The notes below the pieces were generated by a model, which was not told where the DNA came from, searched no databases, and saw nothing but the letters and a program-made list of their open reading frames with translations. From Trypanosoma brucei (taxonomy: Eukaryota): 64,000 bases of DNA. This document shows, piece by piece, positions 57,736-64,000 of the stretch (its first letter is position 1; each line of letters begins with the position of its first letter). The translations under genes were made by a program, and so were the position numbers. The stretch is taken from NCBI GenBank assembly GCA_000002445.1, contig CM000207.1:2176001-2240000 (forward strand), read 5' to 3'.

Positions 57736-60249
57736 ATTGTTACAGTTGTGCGGCGAAGGAGGGACGACGCCGTAGACTGAACTGTTGGCGGAAATGCACC
57801 GTTGGATTATTTGGGGTTGAAGAGGGCTCTACCGAAGTGTGACGGAGGAAAAAAGCTCACTCTGTTTCACACAGTTGTCGGGGAGCGTGCCCTGACGACG
57901 TCACACGGCGGGGGCAGAGACGGCGAAGGAATTTGCTGCTGCTTACTCATGGAAGGTGTGGCATGCATATGCTCGATAAGGGAGCTGTGCGAATAGCGGT
58001 AGGTCACAGCGCCTGCAGTTACAATTCGGGAGATTCCACAATACTTCTGCGTGGGCCGAACTGAAGATATTTTCTGACGACGCCGGTCACAAACGTGGCG
58101 TCACAGTTCCGCGCCGGTGGTGTGTGTGGGGCGCTGCGAACCAGCATATGGTTTAGTATATGAAACTGGATGGGCGGACAGCCGTCGAGCACCGGGGGGA
58201 AGGGGGGAGGGCGCTGCAGATTCATTAGTTCTCGAGTCGGCGAGTATCCATGTGCCCCGTTGTTGTCGACGGTGAAAGGTACCGCCAAAAGGAAAGAATG
58301 GTAATGTTTGAGGATTTGTAAGCTGAGGTTTGCACTTTGCATTTCAGGCACTGCAGTGGTACTCGCGGGTTGATATGTCGCGGCATTCATCCACTATGCC
58401 AGGAGGAAGCGATACGGAGGCTAGACAGCTCCGTTTCTTATTCGGGTGTTTTTCCTCTGATATTAATATTGATTCATGTGTGCTACAGTACCCGGAATCC
58501 TTGGGTCAGGAATCTGCAGCGTTTCAGTATCCCCTGTTGGTATAGATTCAGACGCTTCAGTCCATTACATTCCATTCCACCTCAGTAACTAAATGCAAAC
58601 TTCATCCTGGTACACACTTTCTCCCCTGTACTTGTGTGAGAAGCGCCCATAGCTTATTTGGTTGTTGGTCTGCTACGGTGAGATGGGTCTACTTCCGATG
58701 CCATGAAGGGAAACAGTGAGTCGGTGATTATCAAGAGTGTAGTCGATAAAGTTGCATACGCTGGGAGAGCATACAGTGTCATTTCCACATTAATTTCTAG
58801 TGCCATGGATTCTGTTGCCACTGCGTACTAATGGGGCTGCACGTGCCTACTCGACGACTATCAGTTTATTATTTTTGCATATTGTCGTAACGGCCCCATA
58901 TTTTCCTAACAATAGAAATCTCTTGGTCCATCATCCGTGGTACATGCGTGGGGTCATAAATTTGGTGAATGTCAGTGTCTGCATCTTTCGCGCATACAGT
59001 GGCTCCTAAATCCGCTCCACGGTCGGTATTCCACAGTGAGTGTATTAACGCGCTACCGCCTGCACAGTTGCAGGCTGTCCGGCGTCGGTAGCGGCTGCCA
59101 ACGCTGAGATATTCTACTTGCGCAATTGTTACTCTAGCCCAAACGTGGGCGCAGGGTATCACAATCACAGATGCGAGTGCTTCACAGAGCGGACCAGTGG
59201 TCTTTTCCTGTGGAACGTGGTTAAACTCCATTGATAACCCAGTGTTAGAACTTTTATGGGGCTCTTTACATGAGGGGACAGAAGTGTTTTTTTTTTTGTG
59301 CGGCCGATCATGGTACTATGCGTTCCTGAAAATCGGAAAATGCATAACGGTGTGTCGGAAAGACGCAACTATTCCCCGTGGAATATGGTATCCTTGGCGG
59401 AAAGCCCAAAACGGTTTTCTTCCAGAAATCGCTGCTGCTTGATGATACCCCCTTAACATTAGAGAATATGGAAATCATATGAAGATGTTCTTCTGATCGA
59501 CGTGGTGAGGTTGTGAAAGAGCGGTAAAACTTGTGTGGAAGTCTCAAAGCGAACGTGAATGCAGCAAAAGAAGTGGTGCGATTCACCACTCTTAGCCTTT
59601 GTGCAGGATGACGCATATCTTCCTGCTTCCTAGCTGTGCAACTCATGGAAGTGCTTTCCTCAGTGTGGAAGCTTATATACCTCTTGTGACAAGTCATAAA
59701 AAAAATTTAAAGTGAATCCTCAACAACAATTAAGAAAAAATAAAGCATTTATTTACACGGAGTGATTTGAAGACCAGTATCATGCACACTGTGTGTCGTC
59801 GAGGGTAAATAACCAATTTAAAAGATTCGCGCCGCGTTCGGTTTCCTCGTAACATTTATCACCCCCCAGCACGTAATGACATTTCTCAGGAACGGGGCTC
59901 ATTACGTCCCTTCCAGCTTTATAAGCAACTACGTTTCATTACCGATAACATTATCCCAAGGGGAGAGCCACCAACAATAAGAGCTTATCCACACAAAAAG
60001 TGAACAAAGATTACCTACGCAACACCGCGTCCCATGGGCTGTTAACAAGCCCTGTTCTCTACCACCATCATGCACAAAGGGCATCATTCACTATCATCCC
60101 TAACTTACCTAGGGTAGGAGCGCTCCTTCGGTATTCCTCCGCCCACCTCGATACAGCGTAAATTCACTACCCCCTCAAACCAAACTTCTGCAACAACACA
60201 CTCTACATTTCTCCTACAACCTCATGATTAGATTCATGCCTTTGCATGT

Positions 60250-60261
60250 TAAAAAAAAAAA
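60250..60261 (+). other. A12 tract, probable 3' poly(A) of a retroposed or retroelement-derived insertion abutting the SL gene fragment
   Basis: aaaaaaaaaaaa immediately followed by SL exon nucleotides 15-39. Confidence 0.5.
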
Positions 60262-60306
60262 TTAGAACAGTTTCTGTACTATATTGGTATGAGAAGCTCC
60301 CAGTAG
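60262..60306 (+). pseudogene. SL RNA: Spliced-leader (SL) RNA gene fragment: mini-exon nt 15-39 plus the first 20 nt of the SL intron. Truncated at both ends.
   Basis: TTAGAACAGTTTCTGTACTATATTG|GTATGAGAAGCTCCCAGTAG matches the T. brucei SL 3' portion and splice-donor/intron start exactly. The first 14 nt (AACTAACGCTATTA) are replaced by poly(A). Similarity stops after intron nt 20. Confidence 0.7.
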
Positions 60307-60688
60307 GAATTATCCGTACTTGGGGTCAATATTCGGGAAGAGGAAGAAGTAAGAAATCGCTGCATTTATGATATCGATAGGAAAGGAAGGAAAACCTCAA
60401 AACCAAAAAAAGTCTTGTTTTGGGGGTTCGAACCCGGACCTCCAAAACACAAACACAATTAGAAGAGGAGTGTTGCCAGTTGGGCTATTTCGACAAATCG
60501 GAGGAAAAATTGAAAATTTATGCCCAGATGAAATATACCAAATCGTACACATCGAAGAGAAAAAACATAGGTGTACAAACGGTGCACACGTAGAAAAAAG
60601 TAGCGGAATTGATAAATCTCAGGTAAATAAGCCCATTACAGAAATCAGGTGATCAGTTTCTTTCTTGGGACAGAATATCGGGAGGTTT

Positions 60689-63600
60689 GATGTCAAAAAG
60701 TCACCCGAAAATGAATATTTGGAAAAAATCAACTGTGGTCAAATCGACATAACGACCACAAAAAATTGTCGCTACGAAGACTTCCGTAGCGCATTTGAAA
60801 GGGCTCGACCAGCCCAATGCATGAGTAACAACGGTTACTGCAACAAAGAGGTCGCCAAAAAATTAGGTGCAGTCGAACCTAATATTTTTTCAAAAAATGG
60901 AAATTTTGAAAAAATTAACCGTGGTCAAATCGACATGACGACCACAAAAAATTGTCGCTACGAAGACTTCCGTAGCGCATTTGAAAGGGCTCGACCAGCC
61001 CAATGCATGAGTAACAACGGTTACTGCAACAAAGAGGTCATAAGAAAAATAGGGGCGGTTGGAAAAGAAAAATGCTCAAAAAATAAGGAAAAAGAGCAAA
61101 TTTCGCAGGCCGACAAAAATGATACACATGGTTTCTACGCAGACTTCCGTAGCGCATTTACACGGAATGGACGAGTAGAATTAGGCAATAACAACGGTTA
61201 TTGTCATAACGAAGCGACAAGAAATATAGAGAGGGGGAAAAAGCCGAAAACATCAAAAATTGATGAAAAAAGGCAAATTTCCAACATTGCAGCTGGTCGA
61301 AAAAGTGATCACTACGAAGATCCGAGTAGTGCATTTTCACGAATTTCAATAGACCATTGCAATGCTCAAATAAAAATTGGTCGCAAAAAAATGGTTAGAA
61401 ACTTGAGGTCATCTGAATCTCAAAAAATTTCAAGGTTCCCAAGGCACCATGGGGAAGGAAAAAAGGTGTCTCCTCCGGCTTTGAACCTGCAGTGGCCAGG
61501 ACAGAAGCAGGTAGCGTCGGCAGTTGCGCCACAAATTAGAAAAATCGCGACACCGAAAAACAACAACACAAGCATCCAACGGAACTGTAGGAAACACCTT
61601 AGGAAAGAAGGTGATTGGTGGATAGTAGAGGGCGGGCAAAGCCACAAGAAAGCCGCCCATACCCCTCTCAAAACGAAACCGGTAAATAAGGAGGGGAACC
61701 GGAAGAAGTACGGCAGACCACCGCGTGAGGTAGAAGGGAAATGGCTTACCTCCCTCATTGCGGCAACGACTGAGGCCGTATTACGCCAACTGGGGAAAGG
61801 AAAATCCCCAACAGCCCACACGAAGTCGAACCAGAGTAGAGTCCCGCTGCAGCACTCTGAGAAAACGGCTAAGGGCATCAAACACGCGACGCCCCAACCA
61901 AAAAAGAAAGAACATGAGCAGCGGAAAGAGCTCCCCCGTCGGCCCCCAACCAAGAGGAGCCACGGCGCTAACAAAGGGCAGGGAGCACCAGTAAGAGCCC
62001 CTACGAAGACACAAGGGAAGGGGGAAGAACAACCCCACACAATGCGAACATGGGCACAGGTGGCAGCACCGAGGAAACCAAAGGTGACAAGTAAACCACC
62101 CATGGCTCAAAAAAAGGCACAGGGGGAAAAGAAAGGGGCAGCGGCCAACCCCTTCCACTGGGAGCTACAGGTGGAGCAGCTTCTCAAGGATGCGGAACAG
62201 ATACGCGAAAGCATGTACATCCGCTTTCTCCACGTTCGGCAGAGTTGGTGGAGCACATGCTTCAAGGCCCACATGGAGTTCCACTGCCCAGTGTGTGGTT
62301 TCGCGCACCCGGAAGAAACCATAACAGTAACACACTGCAGGCAGCAACACCCCCAGGAGGGCCGCCTGATTCCCTACACCCTGACAACAACAGGGAATCA
62401 GGTGCAGTTCGCAGGTCCCTCCTGCTCACTTTCGGCGGTGGTGGCTATCCTCTCACATATGGAGGAAGAGAAAAATTTCCACCCTATTATCCGCCGAAGC
62501 TACCAGTCCCCGAGCAAGGAGACTACCCAAACGCTCGTTCAGGCATTGGGACTGGAGCTCCCCACAGCCCCCATCACTGCGATAGAAGCGCTGGCCCACC
62601 ATGACCAGATGATCCGCCAGCTGTTGGAGGCACCCGCAACGACGGCACGACAATGCGGGCATTGTGGGGTAAGTGAGCTAATGGAAGGGCCTTCCAACCC
62701 CGGGGAAAATTTGGGGATAATCTCCATAAACCCCAACACATGCGAGTCGATCGAGCTGACGAATCAGATCCTCGCGAAGACATATACGACCTCCTGGACA
62801 GATATGGAGGTCGTATGCACGGGGGAACGGAAGAATATGGCCCACCGGCCTACCCCGACGTTGATCACCCACTCCAAGACGTTCGGGGAAATGGTGGTCA
62901 TCGATATTGGAACGTGGGGGAACGAAGCGGTGGGTTTGAAACGCATCCTCCACGAGATCCTGTTACCCCACGGGAACGGCACGGCAACATACAAACTCGT
63001 GGGCGCCGTGATCGCACCAACACCGTTCCACGTGGTAGCGGCAATACCTCAACAGACCAGGAAACGTCGCTGGGATATCCTGGATGGTATGGTCCGCCGC
63101 ACCGTGAGCCAGAGCACTGTCGACCCAAAAACTGTGGTCATGTGCGTGTACCGTCGTGAAGAAGAAGAAACATACGACGTACTAGACGAGGAGGAGCAAG
63201 ACGACGACCTCCTCGGTATCCCCAACCCCACGCCACGGCGATTGATGATATCACAAGCCGGTCCACAGCAAAACTCATGGGTGGACACACGGGGCAGGAG
63301 GGCATACGGCTCACAGGAGGAACAGGATGAGAGGACATCGACAGATCAGGTGAGTATTTTCTCCCACGACGAAACACGGGAGTTATCATCACCACTGGAG
63401 TGTCCTATCGTAGGATGCACCGCGAGTTTCGTGGGCCCACGCAGATGGGAGAAGGCCAAATCCCATATATACGGGTTCCACTCGCTGGAAGAGGTCCGCG
63501 AAATCCCGAGGGGGGAGCTTATATGTAAGGGGATAGTAAGATGCGAGACTTGTGCCACGCTCCTCCCTACGTCGGACAGAGCGAAACAGGCACACGCCGA

Positions 63601-64000
63601 CGATTGCAGACCCTATCTCCCGCGGAAAGAAAACATCCGCCGAAAACGGGCCGCTGAAAGAGAAGCGACAGAGGCGAGCGCACAGCAAGGAATAGCGCTA
63701 CGCCTCGAGCGGCAGGGCCCGTACATAACTCCCCGCGACATAGAGGAGCCCACCAACACGACGACGGAAAGTTGGTGGAGGGAGAAGGTAGCTACGAAAC
63801 GCTACCTTCACAGAAAGGAGTGGCCGCAGTGGCTTGACATCTGCCGCACGGTCCTCCTCGGATACTCCGCGTCATCACAAGGCGAGCGGCACCAACGCCA
63901 AGTGATGCTCCTTGATCTGGTCCGGAATCATCTCCACACGCGCACAGCCAGGCGCGAGCAACAGCAGCAACGTGGAAAGGATAACCAGGAAGAGGAGGAC
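60689..64000 (+). CDS. Partial (3' end beyond window) long ORF. N-terminal tandem repeats of about 57 aa, a K/R/P-rich basic linker, and a C-terminal region with C2H2-like Cys/His motifs. Candidate retroelement (SLACS/CRE-clade-like) or novel zinc-finger protein.
   Basis: I walked frame 2 by hand from a stop at 60650-60652 to the window end (64000) without meeting a stop, giving at least 1,116 codons. The ORF track does not list it because it has no terminating stop inside the window. Motifs: FHCPVCGFAHPEETITVTHCRQQH, ECPIVGCTASFVGPRRWEKAKSHIYGFH, ICKGIVRCETCATLLPTSDRAKQAHADDC. The coding strand is strongly purine-rich and T-poor. Confidence 0.45.
60721..61380 (+). repeat. Tandem repeat array with a unit of about 172 bp: two near-perfect copies and two degenerate partial copies
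   Basis: GTGGTCAAATCGACAT(A/G)ACGACCACAAAAAATTGTCGCTACGAAGACTTCCGTAGCGCATTTGAAAGGGCTCGACCAGCCCAATGCATGAGTAACAACGGTTACTGCAACAAAGAGGTC occurs at 60737 and 60909. Diverged copies at about 61130 and 61304. Confidence 0.85.

Noticed and set aside
60287-60400. Functional SL RNA gene
   Set aside because: Only 45 nt match. The promoter and the first 14 nt are absent (replaced by poly(A)), and the intron beyond nt 20, including the Sm site, does not match.
60425-60460. tRNA-like GGGGGTTCGAACCCGGACC (T-loop-like TTCGAAC) inside the SL-fragment to ORF spacer
   Set aside because: Neither strand forms a 5-bp T-stem around the 7-nt loop (only three pairs). No acceptor or anticodon arm could be built. Likely chance or a decayed fragment.

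Overview
This window reads as a trypanosomatid chromosome segment, most consistent with Trypanosoma brucei or a close relative. The evidence is a spliced-leader mini-exon fragment with brucei-type sequence, a roughly 500-bp RIME retroposon, ESAG8-related LRRP genes, and long unidirectional gene runs with polypyrimidine tracts and no introns.

Layout:
- 1 to about 32.8 kb: one minus-strand polycistronic unit of conserved housekeeping genes. Recognisable products are PMS1 (MutL), ribosomal protein L26, RCL1, a cyclophilin, CK2 alpha, a USP-type ubiquitin hydrolase and a roadblock dynein light chain. The rest are unnamed: two large hypothetical proteins, a polytopic membrane protein, an EF-hand protein, a coiled-coil protein and an LRR protein.
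- About 32.8 to 39.6 kb: a divergent strand-switch region containing a near-full-length RIME on the minus strand.
- 39.6 kb onward: a plus-strand, accessory-type region. It holds an LRRP gene of about 1,400 codons broken by three frameshifts (pseudogene), an AT-rich spacer with a short interstitial telomere-like (CCCTAA)3 repeat, and an intact 610-aa LRRP.
- Next comes a 5' half-RIME/ingi fragment, inverted relative to the first RIME so that the two bracket the LRRP cluster. A 2OG-Fe(II) (iron/ascorbate) oxygenase gene follows, flanked by about 610-bp direct repeats.
- The last 3.8 kb is the most unusual part. A poly(A) tract is joined to a spliced-leader RNA gene fragment (SL nt 15-39 plus intron nt 1-20), the signature insertion point of SLACS/CZAR-type site-specific retrotransposons. 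About 390 bp further on, an uninterrupted reading frame of at least 1,116 codons begins and runs off the window end. It starts with roughly 172-bp in-frame tandem repeats, continues through a K/R/P-rich basic tract, and carries several C2H2-like Cys/His motifs. I consider it a candidate 5' portion of a SLACS/CRE-clade or novel retroelement-derived gene.
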